DNA of 64,000 nucleotides from a virus (taxonomy: Duplodnaviria > Caudoviricetes). The stretch lies in IMG/VR virus record IMGVR_UViG_3300025316_001101. The stretch is one strand, 5' to 3'. The notes beneath the pieces were generated by a model. That model saw nothing but the letters and a program-made list of their open reading frames with translations. It did no database searches and was not told where the DNA came from. Both the position numbers and the translations under genes were made by a program. Numbering within the stretch: position 1 is the first letter of the stretch; the number at the start of each line of letters is the position of its first letter. Positions 36,497-46,398 of the stretch are shown in pieces.

Positions 36497-39184
36497 TTAT
36501 TTGATAATTTCTATCGTTGGTGACGGCCTTTCCATAATTGTCAATCGCACATCGTCTTTCTTTTCTTTAGGAATCACCTTATGTCGATATGCTTTGGGCG
36601 GGCTTTCAAAGGTGTAATTCTTAAATGGTGGCTTTGGCCGTTCCAATCTGACTTTTAATAAATGTCCCTTTCGTGAATCGGATTCCCAATACTGCAATTC
36701 AGATTCGAACCGCTTGTAATCCTCATCCCACATTGTCACCCCTTCTGTCTGCCATTCAGCATCCTCGACCTTGAAAACATAATAGGGATTTCCCGTCTTG
36801 GATTTCTTTTCAACAGGCCGTTCTATAACTCTAACCTCCACCACCGTAATGGCAATATCCTCTAAATCAACCCGGCGACGAAATTCTCCAAAGGTATATC
36901 CCTCATAATCTGGACTCTTTTCCAGCATATGTTCCCAACCAAATCCATAAAATTTATCTTCTGCCTCAATAGGATCTGCACGGAAGATCTTTGCCAATTC
37001 CTCATCAATCTTGCCAGGAGGTTCAAACCCCTCTAAAACAATAGGCTTATCCTCAGCCTGTTTTTCCCGAATGGAGATTACATTCTTCTTGTATTTGCCG
37101 ACATACTTCTTCCACTGTTTGACATCAAATTTATCTAAACAATCCGCCATCCATTCATTTAATGCAATATTGCAACCATCATCATCTAACTCAACACATT
37201 TATCTAAATGGGCAGCCGCCTGTTCTCTTATTTCGGCAGATTGTTCTGCTGTGATAATGCCCTTCAAACCTCTAGCATCGACCGCCAAAAACACAAGATC
37301 ATCAACTATTTCATTACGGCTTTTGACGTTACGCTTATCTCTGTCCACACGCTTCTTCATCTGCTCTTTGTAATATTCGGCAAATTCATAAAGTGTAACA
37401 GCACTCATACCAGTATCTTTGAAAACTCGCAATCCAATCAGCGGCTTGATTACAGCAGCGTCCGTACCAAATCTTGTCAAGAAATCTTCAAAACTGGCAT
37501 ATGGTTGGCCAGCAACGATCCGCTTGGCTACTTCTTCTCCAATTCCTTTGATATTGGCAAAACCAATATAAATTGAATCGCCTACAATAGAAAATTTAAC
37601 CTTAGACTTATTCAAATCCACACGATTGACTGCAATGCCAAACTTTTCGGCTTCCAGTTTATATTCTTTAACCTTTTCTTCATCCTCTTCACAACTCAAA
37701 ATAGCCGTAAAGAATTCCAAAGGATAATGAGCTTTTAACCAAAGAAGACGTGAACTGATATAGGTATAAGCCACCGCATGGCTCATGTTAAATCCATAAT
37801 CTGCAAACGCTTCAATATAGTCCCAAAGCTTAACAACGTCCTCTAATGGCCATTCTAATCGCTTCTGTCCTTCTTCCAAGAATTTATTCTTGTACTTAAT
37901 AAACTTATCAACCTTCTTCTTGCTAATAGCCTTACGTACAAGCTCACAATCCTTTAATGGAATATCACCTACGATATTCAAAATCTTCATAACCTGCTCT
38001 TGATAAACAAGAACGCCAAAGGTCTTGCCAAGTACCGGCTCCAACAACGGATGAATTTCGTAATGTTCCAATCCGTTCTTTCGGTCGCAGTAGTTCGTGG
38101 CCATACCCGAACCTAACGGCCCAGGACGATACAACGCAGTATAGGCCGCAAGATCATCGAAACTATACACGCCACCACGTTTTACCAATTCCCGCATTCC
38201 GGCCGAATCAAATTGGAATATGCATCGCAATTTACCCTGATTGGCTAAAGCCAATGCCTTGGGATCGTTAAGATATGAAATATCTGACCAACTTTCCCGG
38301 CCGGGCAACGCACAGATATTTTCAATACCATGCCGAAGCTTAATTTCTTCCGCAATTGACTTAGTGGTATTATCTGCTCGTTCAAGAATGATTCTAGCCG
38401 CTTGCGCAAGCTGTTCTAAGTTCGTTAGGCCAAGCACGTCATATTTAACCAATCCCACAGGCTGCAAGTCTTGTGCATGTAACCCTTCAGTCCAAGCTGA
38501 TACTGGGTTGCCATCCGAATCTGTGCATAGAGGGACAAGATCGGCAATGGGGATTCTAGAAATAATCAATCCCCCGGCATGCTTGCCACGACTCCTAATA
38601 CGATTCAACATCCGCTTGGCAGCCTTGGCAATATCGGGATGTATTTTACAATACTCTGCAAGATCCTTGTTTAACTCTAATGCCCGTTCCCAAGTCAGCG
38701 TCTTGCCTTCATCGTCTTTCAAACCCAACTTGGTCGTCACATTCAATACTTCATCACGATCTGCACTAAACACCTTAGCCATATCAATCAAAGAACTTTT
38801 GATTCCAAATGTATTATAACTTCCAATGTTACACACATTCTCTGGGCCAAATGTCTTAGGTGCCCACTCATCCTTGAGATACATCCGCACGTCCTTCTTA
38901 AAATCTACGTCAATATCAGGAAATTCGCCGTAAATGTAGACGGGCTGCTGACTCTCATCCCAGTCTTCACAAATACCCAACAGCAATGCGATCAACAAGT
39001 TATTTTCATTCCTGTCAATCTTCACTCCACGGTCATGCAAGTCCAGAAAATAATCGTGCTCATTGAAGTCGTCAACCGCCTTCAATTCCAACTTCATTCG
39101 CTTTTCATGTTCTTCACCATATCCGGCCAATTGTGCTATCGTAGTTTCGCACAATTGGATCAATCGTTCTTTTGAATCCATCAT
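36497..39184 (-). CDS. dnaE: DNA polymerase III alpha, C-terminal part (palm/fingers/OB)
   Basis: PDIDVDF, GKHAGG-II, KYDVLGL, FQF-S-GM, ALYRPGP, YQEQVM, Y-FNMSHAVAY; no PHP domain. Confidence 0.95.
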   Translation of the reverse strand: MMDSKERLIQLCETTIAQLAGYGEEHEKRMKLELKAVDDFNEHDYFLDLHDRGVKIDRNENNLLIALLLGICEDWDESQQPVYIYGEFPDIDVDFKKDVRMYLKDEWAPKTFGPENVCNIGSYNTFGIKSSLIDMAKVFSADRDEVLNVTTKLGLKDDEGKTLTWERALELNKDLAEYCKIHPDIAKAAKRMLNRIRSRGKHAGGLIISRIPIADLVPLCTDSDGNPVSAWTEGLHAQDLQPVGLVKYDVLGLTNLEQLAQAARIILERADNTTKSIAEEIKLRHGIENICALPGRESWSDISYLNDPKALALANQGKLRCIFQFDSAGMRELVKRGGVYSFDDLAAYTALYRPGPLGSGMATNYCDRKNGLEHYEIHPLLEPVLGKTFGVLVYQEQVMKILNIVGDIPLKDCELVRKAISKKKVDKFIKYKNKFLEEGQKRLEWPLEDVVKLWDYIEAFADYGFNMSHAVAYTYISSRLLWLKAHYPLEFFTAILSCEEDEEKVKEYKLEAEKFGIAVNRVDLNKSKVKFSIVGDSIYIGFANIKGIGEEVAKRIVAGQPYASFEDFLTRFGTDAAVIKPLIGLRVFKDTGMSAVTLYEFAEYYKEQMKKRVDRDKRNVKSRNEIVDDLVFLAVDARGLKGIITAEQSAEIREQAAAHLDKCVELDDDGCNIALNEWMADCLDKFDVKQWKKYVGKYKKNVISIREKQAEDKPIVLEGFEPPGKIDEELAKIFRADPIEAEDKFYGFGWEHMLEKSPDYEGYTFGEFRRRVDLEDIAITVVEVRVIERPVEKKSKTGNPYYVFKVEDAEWQTEGVTMWDEDYKRFESELQYWESDSRKGHLLKVRLERPKPPFKNYTFESPPKAYRHKVIPKEKKDDVRLTIMERPSPTIEIIK

Positions 39185-39672
39185 TCATCCTCTTCGGTAT
39201 CTTCATCCTTCACAACAGCCTTAACCGCAGCCATCTCATCATCCTGCCAATTGCCGTAACGACGATTGATACAAAGGAATTCTTCCATGTCATGCGGCAC
39301 AACACGCTTCTTCACAGCATCTTCACTAGCATCACCCTCTTCATCAGCATCATATTCTACACCAATATGACAAAGTTCGTGATCCACCAAAGCCATCTTT
39401 CCCTTCTGAGAAAGAGCCGTCCAAATAATCTCGGGCACAATAATTGCATAAAATTCTTCGCCCTCTGGATTATCCGATGCTTGAGCGGCATTGAACCCCG
39501 ATACCTTGCGGCATAGGCCCCAAACTTCCTTACCGTTTCTTTTGGTCACTTTATCCGTAAACCAATAATCGACTCGAATCTTATAATCTGTAACTTCCGC
39601 ATGAAACTTGGGAATCAACTCTTCCGCAACTTCTTGTACTGAATCTGCTTTCCAAAACTTAGCTTTTGCCAT
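39181..39672 (-). CDS. putative phage metallopeptidase
   Basis: ALVDHELCHI (HExxH) and HDMEEF; start ATG 39672. Confidence 0.8.
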   Translation of the reverse strand: MAKAKFWKADSVQEVAEELIPKFHAEVTDYKIRVDYWFTDKVTKRNGKEVWGLCRKVSGFNAAQASDNPEGEEFYAIIVPEIIWTALSQKGKMALVDHELCHIGVEYDADEEGDASEDAVKKRVVPHDMEEFLCINRRYGNWQDDEMAAVKAVVKDEDTEEDE

Positions 39673-39717
39673 TGTTATACCTTTCTGTAAATGATTGTTT
39701 CCATACAAGACTATAGC

Positions 39718-39752
39718 AAAAAAGCCCCATCTCCGCAAGGCGGAGATGGGGC
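39718..39752 (-). terminator. Rho-independent terminator
   Basis: 13-bp stem gccccatctccgc/gcggagatggggc with U6 on -. Confidence 0.75.
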
Positions 39753-39776
39753 CAGGATTATGGCAATGGGCTTAGG

Positions 39777-40283
39777 TCACGTTACTGGTTGAAACCCCAT
39801 TGCCTCTAGCAACTTGGACATGTATTCGGTTACAAACTTGCCGATGCCCAAGCTTTTAGTTTCACGGTTCCCCGCTACATTTAATGTCTGAATGTTTTGA
39901 TCCTTAATCCAGGAAATCACCTCCTCAATAGGAATTGGATTTTTAACATCCACATCAATGATTGGTTTCCCGTATTCCCGCACTGCTTTCAACGTACATG
40001 TTTCCCCTGGAGACCGCCAATCTGAAGCAAATCGTATAGTACCATCAGAGTCTCTAGCGTTAGCCTTAGTCCTTAGTACATATGCTATATGGTCATTGAC
40101 TTTTCCAGCAACCGGTTTGTGTTCTTTCAATCCGTACTCTTGCTCGTATTCCGGCTTAGGTCCATTCTCTGTAATCCACCCCAGCGGCATCCATCCACCG
40201 GTTTCGACACCATACTTCTTGGCTGCAATCAAACCAGCAATGTCCGATCCACTCTGCCCACCACTGACTACACGACTTAACAT
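39777..40283 (-). CDS. SLOG-superfamily protein (MoCo-carrier/YpsA-like)
   Basis: VVSGGQSGSD-AGL, GGWMP-G, RT--NARDSDGT, LNVAGNRE. Confidence 0.85.
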   Translation of the reverse strand: MLSRVVSGGQSGSDIAGLIAAKKYGVETGGWMPLGWITENGPKPEYEQEYGLKEHKPVAGKVNDHIAYVLRTKANARDSDGTIRFASDWRSPGETCTLKAVREYGKPIIDVDVKNPIPIEEVISWIKDQNIQTLNVAGNRETKSLGIGKFVTEYMSKLLEAMGFQPVT

Positions 40284-41212
40284 ATCTCTTTCCTCAAAAT
40301 TTCCTCGATGTGATTATACTCAAAAAACGGTATTCGCAGAAGCCTAATCTTATTATCTGCACAAAATTTTGACTTTATCTCATCATGATGTTTGACTTTC
40401 TGTAAATATCCCCTGCCACCAAAACATGCTATCGGCCTATAGTGTTGTTCTCCATCATACTCTATGCATAAATTCCGTTCACTAAGATAGAAGTCAAACG
40501 ATAATTCTAATTTATTTATACAACCTTGGAACTTCTTTTCCGCCTCATACTGAAATCCATTAACTTGCAAAAACTTTTCTATCTTCAACTCGCCTTTAGA
40601 TGCATCGCATTTAGGACAGCCTTGTTCGTGATATAAATGCGCACCTGCCAACTGCATAAACACATAATCGTGTTTCTTACATCTAATCTTTATTTTAACA
40701 CGATTGCCTCTGTAATCTCCATAATACTCATACCGATCATCGTGTAATATTCTACATCTGTCCTCAAACACACTCACTAACATCGGAAGATTTTGCGGTA
40801 AACAACGATACTGACATTTTTTGCAACCGCATCCAGATAAGTGGCTACTAGCCCTTTGTTTGAATATGTCCCCGCATATATTACACTTTATACGAACCGG
40901 TGCGTGTACATTCTTGTACATTCCTACATATTCATATTTATCTCCATGCACCTTCTTGGCTGCTGCCACAAAATTTTCATGCCCTTGAGATTGGTTTTGT
41001 GACAATTTCTTGTATTGACATTTTTTACAACCATTGCCCTTCAAATGATTATGTGGTAAAATTTTCCATTTATGTCCACACTTATTACATTTTACTTTAA
41101 CCTTTACCGTAGATTTCACATATACGATTTCGGAATAATCATATGTATTTCCATGCACCGTCTTAGCTCGCTCTATGAACTTCTGTGTATTTAATCGTTC
41201 CCACTTTGCCAT
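40277..41212 (-). CDS. putative homing endonuclease (DUF723-like zinc-ribbon repeats + PD-(D/E)xK domain)
   Basis: Three F---AK-VHG--Y-Y...CxxC repeats; FDFYL...IEYDGEQHY. Confidence 0.8.
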   Translation of the reverse strand: MAKWERLNTQKFIERAKTVHGNTYDYSEIVYVKSTVKVKVKCNKCGHKWKILPHNHLKGNGCKKCQYKKLSQNQSQGHENFVAAAKKVHGDKYEYVGMYKNVHAPVRIKCNICGDIFKQRASSHLSGCGCKKCQYRCLPQNLPMLVSVFEDRCRILHDDRYEYYGDYRGNRVKIKIRCKKHDYVFMQLAGAHLYHEQGCPKCDASKGELKIEKFLQVNGFQYEAEKKFQGCINKLELSFDFYLSERNLCIEYDGEQHYRPIACFGGRGYLQKVKHHDEIKSKFCADNKIRLLRIPFFEYNHIEEILRKEIC

Positions 41213-41271
41213 ACGCCTCCCAATAATTTCTGGTTATCAAACATATGTATGCTTGTAAGCCGGAAATTATT

Positions 41272-41526
41272 TCATCTCCAATAGTGATAATAGTAAGGGC
41301 TGTAATAAGGACTGTAATACGATTGAATAAACGGTGACTGTCGATCTGAAAATGGCGTAGGATAACTAGGAAGAGCAGGATATGGATATGGCAAAGAGCC
41401 TGGAGTCACTCGCACAGCCCGATTCCTCTCCATATCTTGATAAACCGACTCTATCCTCATTGCAGGCGTGGGGTGCAAAGGAGGCGGCGAAGCCCCCAAT
41501 AAGGCACATAAAATAAATGCATACAT
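41272..41526 (-). CDS. small secreted Pro/Tyr-rich protein
   Basis: Signal-like N-terminus; GGAG SD. Confidence 0.55.
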   Translation of the reverse strand: MYAFILCALLGASPPPLHPTPAMRIESVYQDMERNRAVRVTPGSLPYPYPALPSYPTPFSDRQSPFIQSYYSPYYSPYYYHYWR

Positions 41527-41545
41527 ACATATCTCCTAATTTTAT

Positions 41546-42673
41546 TCATGATATCCAGTGTTTGTTTTGCATAGTCCATTTAATAATGCGATCTAAAGTT
41601 TCATCAAACGATATTGGTTGTCTCCAACCAAGACTTCTCAATTTACTTCCATCTAAAGCATAACGCCTATCATAACCTGGACGGGCAGATTCACTGGGTA
41701 TTAATTTATATAAAAGTTCCTTTCCCATAATTTTAGCAACTGCCCGTGCCAATTCCAAATTATTCAATTCGGTATCGCCACAAATATTATAGCGATCTGG
41801 TCGTTTTGCTCCTTGACTATAACGAGCAGGATGCAGGTTGGACGCAATAAATTTAATGGCATCAGCTTTATTTCTAGCATCCAAATAAATTCTAGAGCCA
41901 ATATACCAACCTTGGTTATTTTCAGCATGATTTCCACCGTGACCACTAAGATTAGTCAATGAAGGGCCATCGGTCTTATCGGCATACACAGGCATTTCTT
42001 TACCTGTAGCAACGTATTGAATAATCTTAGGCAAGAATTTTTCTGGATCTTGCCATTCCCCGATTATATTCATGCAATTTGTAATCACCACAGGCAGATC
42101 ATAAGTACGCCAATAAGCAATCGCTAAAGCTTCTTGGGCTGCTTTAGATGCCGCATATGGATTAGATGGGGCAATTGGCGACCATTCAAGATGCCCTAGA
42201 CTAGGAAGCGGTGGTGCTTCTCCATAAACCTCATCTGTACTAATATGAACAAATAGCTTTGGCTTTGCCTTTCTGGCAAACTCCAACATGTTAACCATCA
42301 ATTCATAATTGTTTCTTAAACAATGTGTGGGATCAGTGGTAGATCGCTCTACAGCAGAATCAGAAGCCATGTTAATAATATAATCAATTGGCTTTTCTGT
42401 AAGAACCCCCCGATCATCAAGACTCCTTCCCATGATTTGATTCTCTAACGGCCAATCAATCGGAACCGTCAAATCATGCATATAGATTCTAACCCGCTTT
42501 GAATTTCCATATCTTTTGAAAACCTCATTACATCGACTAACGATTCCTTTGTGACGGAAAGAATCTAAACCAATAATTTCCCAATCTGTGTTTTCTAACC
42601 AGTATTGGAGACAGTGCGACCCAATAAAACCACCCACACCTGTTAAAAGAACTCTTTTCATTATTACTCCCAC
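41546..42673 (-). CDS. NDP-sugar 4,6-dehydratase (RfbB-like extended SDR)
   Basis: TGVGGFIG, STDEVYG, PYAASK, RPG-DRRYALD. Confidence 0.92.
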   Translation of the reverse strand: MGVIMKRVLLTGVGGFIGSHCLQYWLENTDWEIIGLDSFRHKGIVSRCNEVFKRYGNSKRVRIYMHDLTVPIDWPLENQIMGRSLDDRGVLTEKPIDYIINMASDSAVERSTTDPTHCLRNNYELMVNMLEFARKAKPKLFVHISTDEVYGEAPPLPSLGHLEWSPIAPSNPYAASKAAQEALAIAYWRTYDLPVVITNCMNIIGEWQDPEKFLPKIIQYVATGKEMPVYADKTDGPSLTNLSGHGGNHAENNQGWYIGSRIYLDARNKADAIKFIASNLHPARYSQGAKRPDRYNICGDTELNNLELARAVAKIMGKELLYKLIPSESARPGYDRRYALDGSKLRSLGWRQPISFDETLDRIIKWTMQNKHWIS

Positions 42674-42942
42674 AAATGTATACTATATGGTTTTTTAATT
42701 AACGATTCAATTTTGTTAATCAAATCATGAACCGTTACAATTTCATGACAATCTTGTATCAGTAAATTTATTCTAAACTCATGTTGTAACAATAGCACTA
42801 TTTCCATGCCGTCTACAATAGAGCAACATCCAAGGTCATCAACAACTCTAGACTCAGGAACTATATGTTGCTTCCCTAATACCTTTTCAAGAATTGCAAT
42901 TATTTTTTGTTCAATCAATGATCGGCACCTTTCCAAAACCAA
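42664..42942 (-). CDS. acyl carrier protein-like
   Basis: DDLGCCSI-D-MEIV--L-HEF-I pattern; start uncertain. Confidence 0.6.
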   Translation of the reverse strand: MVLERCRSLIEQKIIAILEKVLGKQHIVPESRVVDDLGCCSIVDGMEIVLLLQHEFRINLLIQDCHEIVTVHDLINKIESLIKKPYSIHLWE

Positions 42943-43930
42943 TGCCCTTTTCTGGCTCCGCTTCTGAAGAATCTGGCGGATTCTCTACCATTGCTCGCAA
43001 AGTCTCTATAGCATCTCCATAAGAATCACCCTGAATACATACCGAAATAAACAACTCCTTTAGATGAGCAATGGACATCCCAGCCGTATCCTTAACCCAA
43101 CAACTTAAATCATACTTGCTGGGATCGGTAGCACCAAAACTAAAGAGATGATCAAAAAATATCTTCCTAGACTTGGCTCTCGGATGTGGCATCATGAATC
43201 GTTTATCAAATCGACTAGGCCGATTAATGATTCTGTCACCAAGTTTTTCTGGATAATTAGTGGTCGCCAAGAAAACCACATTTTCAATTTTCTCTACGCC
43301 GTCCAATATATTCAATACTTCTGACTCGCAATATTTTTCAAGAATTGAGTCCAAATCCTCCATCAACACCACCAACCGAGTTGTTGGTTGAATGACACGA
43401 AAATGACGCATACATTCAACAAACGTAGATGGATGATTATCAAACTTAAAGACAACGCCACCACGCTTCATAACATCCACTACGACCAATTGGATTGTGC
43501 ATGATTTACCAGATCCCGGTGGCCCCCACAGAATGATGCCTCTCTTATAGATCACCCGATTTAATCTGAACAGTTCCTCATTTTCCCAAAAATTCTGAAT
43601 TTCACTAATTACCTTTTCAGAATTTGTTTCAGGGAAACGAATCAAGCCATCTGTCTTGGTCTCTAATTTTTCAAAATAATGTCCCTGAGTAGGAATGTAT
43701 TTTGGTTCATAGACACCTGGAGGCAATTCCTTAACTGTTACGCCCGTAGGGAAAAATCTAACCCCATCACATGTGTTCCACTGGCACATCTTGCCATACT
43801 CTTTTTCTGGCCCTATTCCACAATCGCCCGCAAAAGATGGCGATTCTGATACGTATCCCTGCTTGGGTGGCCGAGTTGGCGTGCCAGTTAGAAGCTTGTT
43901 TAATTTTCTTTGTTCAGAAGCAGATGACAT
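42911..43930 (-). CDS. AAA+ ATPase
   Basis: GPPGSGKS, LMEDLD, ATTNYPE-L---I--RPSRFD. Confidence 0.92.
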   Translation of the reverse strand: MSSASEQRKLNKLLTGTPTRPPKQGYVSESPSFAGDCGIGPEKEYGKMCQWNTCDGVRFFPTGVTVKELPPGVYEPKYIPTQGHYFEKLETKTDGLIRFPETNSEKVISEIQNFWENEELFRLNRVIYKRGIILWGPPGSGKSCTIQLVVVDVMKRGGVVFKFDNHPSTFVECMRHFRVIQPTTRLVVLMEDLDSILEKYCESEVLNILDGVEKIENVVFLATTNYPEKLGDRIINRPSRFDKRFMMPHPRAKSRKIFFDHLFSFGATDPSKYDLSCWVKDTAGMSIAHLKELFISVCIQGDSYGDAIETLRAMVENPPDSSEAEPEKGIGFGKVPIID

Positions 43931-43992
43931 AAATTACACCCTGAAGTATCTTATGTCATGCAGTATAGCAGAAAAGAATTGTAAATAAAAGG

Positions 43993-44250
43993 CTAATTGG
44001 TCACAGGTTTGTATAACTGAGCACACTTTTCACAAGCATTGACTTCTTTGGCCGTTTCATGCCCAACACCACCATAATCGTCCATTTTATCACTACTGCG
44101 ATTACTTCTAAAATTACCGCCATCTCGACGGTCATATCCCTGATTAGCCTTTCTTCTGGCAGGATATTCTTTGTTTCTAGTCTCAAGGATAACCTTTCGA
44201 CACGCTGTTCCTTTTGGAACGATCTCTCCACATAGTTGGCATTTATACAT
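43993..44250 (-). CDS. small zinc-binding protein
   Basis: N- and C-terminal CxxC. Confidence 0.7.
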   Translation of the reverse strand: MYKCQLCGEIVPKGTACRKVILETRNKEYPARRKANQGYDRRDGGNFRSNRSSDKMDDYGGVGHETAKEVNACEKCAQLYKPVTN

Positions 44251-44264
44251 GCTTTAATATAGTA

Positions 44265-44576
44265 TTACTCTTGAGGATTCCTTTTTAACCATGCCGCAAT
44301 AACACCATCGGGATCTTCCGGTGCTTTATAATCAAAAATATTATCACAACACATCTTTCGTAATTTATCAAAAAATTTCGGATCAGAAGGATTGGCTGCA
44401 CGTGTTGGAATTACACCCATAATCTGCCGAAACAATTGATACATGTCACCTATTCGAGTGGTGTCTAACATGCCCTGTTGTGCAAGTTTTAATAGCCCAG
44501 ATAATCGTAGCTTTTGAGCAGCACCAGCAGCCTCTAACATATTATGTTCGGCAAGATATTCTTCAAATAATTGCAT
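44265..44576 (-). CDS. hypothetical protein with capsid-targeting-like N-terminus
   Basis: MQLFEEYLAE start; TATATA 4 nt upstream; no SD. Confidence 0.7.
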   Translation of the reverse strand: MQLFEEYLAEHNMLEAAGAAQKLRLSGLLKLAQQGMLDTTRIGDMYQLFRQIMGVIPTRAANPSDPKFFDKLRKMCCDNIFDYKAPEDPDGVIAAWLKRNPQE

Positions 44577-44599
44577 GTATTATATACGATCAGCGCACG

Positions 44600-44634
44600 A
44601 AAAAACCCACCCGGCCGAAAGGCCGGGTGGGTTT
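44600..44634 (-). terminator. Rho-independent terminator (CCCACCCGGC family)
   Basis: 11-bp stem, GAAA/UUUC loop, A6 on the left. Confidence 0.8.
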
Positions 44635-44658
44635 ATCACAATGCACAAGAAGTGCAAG

Positions 44659-45159
44659 TTACGACTGGCAACGGCAGCGATGAAGTCTACCGTGCTTCTT
44701 TTCTGCGCAACCACAATCGGCTGGCGCACAAGCCTGAGGTACAGGTGTTACCACCACCGCTGCACAAGCCTTGGGTGCATCGCAGCACTTGGGAGCCTCA
44801 CAGCGAACCTTACAACGGCAACGAATCTTCACCTTGCAGCACTTGTCGCATTTAGCAGGCTCGCAAGCCTTGGGTGCAACTGGAGCACATGCCGGAACGC
44901 AGGCCGCTGGGGTACATGCCTTACAGCAAGTAGAGCAACGGCACTCACGGTTGTGCCTTGCCTTCTCGACAATGCACCCAACCTTATTTACTACTGCCTT
45001 CGGCACTGCCACGATTGCATGCAAAACCGGATGCTGCACGCACGGACAGGTTGCCCCAGTGCTAGCCGCACATGGAGCCGGGATGGGTTCGACTGCGAAA
45101 GACATGCTGGCTACACAAACCAACGCAATCGCACACACCGAGATGATCAAACTCTTCAT
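44659..45159 (-). CDS. Cys-rich secreted protein
   Basis: Signal peptide MKSLII...SFA; many CC/CxxC/CAP units; start ATG 45159 with GAGG SD. Confidence 0.7.
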   Translation of the reverse strand: MKSLIISVCAIALVCVASMSFAVEPIPAPCAASTGATCPCVQHPVLHAIVAVPKAVVNKVGCIVEKARHNRECRCSTCCKACTPAACVPACAPVAPKACEPAKCDKCCKVKIRCRCKVRCEAPKCCDAPKACAAVVVTPVPQACAPADCGCAEKKHGRLHRCRCQS

Positions 45160-45279
45160 AACACTTCCTCCTTTGAAGGGGGTTAAAAAATGGGCCTGCT
45201 CATGCAAGCCTAAACAAACAAAAAACGAGTGTTAGGTTGGGGGATTACGAATCTCTCAGCTTCGCACTCGTTTTTAATC

Positions 45280-45804
45280 TCAAGCAGTATGTTCAACAAC
45301 CGCTTTACAAAAATCTATTACGTCTTCTCTATTCCAACCGTTCTTGGCAAACTGTACTATCATCGCCACAAATTCAATATTTCCTTTTTCGTAACCTTTA
45401 GAAGAATCAATTCTGTCTACACTTGCTCGATCAGGGGTCTTTGGCAATTGAAACTTTCGACTACCACAACTCATTTGCTTTAATTGCCAACCCGTATATG
45501 GGCATATCCCTTGTTGAGAATCCCATTGTAACTGCAAGTCTTCTAATGTTACCGTGCATTGTTTGTGCCGTCGTCTCATATTTCTCAGGTGCCATCTGAA
45601 CGGTGACAACTCATCAAACCGATTATCGGGTATTAAATTTTCAGGATGATATCGCCTGTCCTTTGGGAGATTATCCAGCGTTCCTTTTCCAGTGCATTCA
45701 AGAGAACAAAATACTCGTCTGTTAAGTTTCTTGTTCCTATTAACCTCCCCTGCATTCCTCTCAAACTTATTTCCACAAATCTCACATTGTAATTCAATTT
45801 TCAT
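45280..45804 (-). CDS. HNH-like homing endonuclease
   Basis: N-terminal CxxC...FCS--C; GICPYTG, SVDRIDSSKGY--GN motif; SD-supported start ATG 45804. Confidence 0.75.
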   Translation of the reverse strand: MKIELQCEICGNKFERNAGEVNRNKKLNRRVFCSLECTGKGTLDNLPKDRRYHPENLIPDNRFDELSPFRWHLRNMRRRHKQCTVTLEDLQLQWDSQQGICPYTGWQLKQMSCGSRKFQLPKTPDRASVDRIDSSKGYEKGNIEFVAMIVQFAKNGWNREDVIDFCKAVVEHTA

Positions 45805-45806
45805 AA

Positions 45807-45839
45807 ACGCCTCCATACCGTATAGTAGTATGGAGGCGT
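45807..45839 (-). promoter_or_regulatory. SD-sequestering hairpin of the endonuclease gene
   Basis: Perfect 12-bp stem ACGCCUCCAUAC/GUAUGGAGGCGU covering GGAGG. Confidence 0.6.
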
Positions 45840-45852
45840 CCAGAAATTTTAG

Positions 45853-46203
45853 TGGAGGCGGGCGTAATCGAAACGCCGTCCAGAGGTACTCTTGCTCCGA
45901 CCTCTACGTGTGTAGTTTGTTGTATTTATCTCATCGCATTGAACTACAGCTAACAAAAGCTCAAATTGACCAGCGACTTTTTTCTTGTTTTGATTCTTGT
46001 CGCCCGTACCAAAACATACCGACTATTACGGCGAGACTTCGGACTTCATCGGTTGGAATTCCTTGTCTCGGCTGCCCAATCTCTTAGGCCGCAACTGCAA
46101 AAGTGTTTGCAATTAGGTTTTGGTCTGCTTTTAACGTGGCCTGCTGACCAACCACGACACGCCATCTGAGTTCGACTTACCCTGTCGAAACCTTGTCGCC
46201 CCC
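45853..46203 (-). ncRNA. ssrA: tmRNA, tag (A)ANTFAVAA
   Basis: 5' GGGGGCGACAAGGTTTCGAC; acceptor GGGGGCG/CGCCUCC with G3-U70; T arm; tag ORF 46110-46084; CCA not encoded. Confidence 0.95.
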
Positions 46204-46314
46204 TCAAGTTGTCAAAGAACTTCAACATTGTAGTACAGGCCGTAACCCTTGTAAACCCCAGCCAAGTTAAGATGGGCAATTTACGACCGGATTGCGGCTA
46301 AACACTACTGAGGT

Positions 46315-46343
46315 ATTATACGCTCCACTAACCCAAATATCAA
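46315..46343 (-). promoter_or_regulatory. sigma70-type promoter TTGATA-N17-TATAAT for tmRNA
   Basis: attata 46315-46320 and tatcaa 46338-46343 on +. Confidence 0.65.
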
Positions 46344-46398
46344 CCCCTTTTCCAGAAGTTGTTTTGGAGAACGCACTTGCGCACACTAAAATAGGATT

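Noticed and set aside
44575-45235. + strand ORFs opposite the Cys-rich gene
   Set aside because: The minus-strand frame has a signal peptide, SD and terminator; the + frames are GC-rich shadows.
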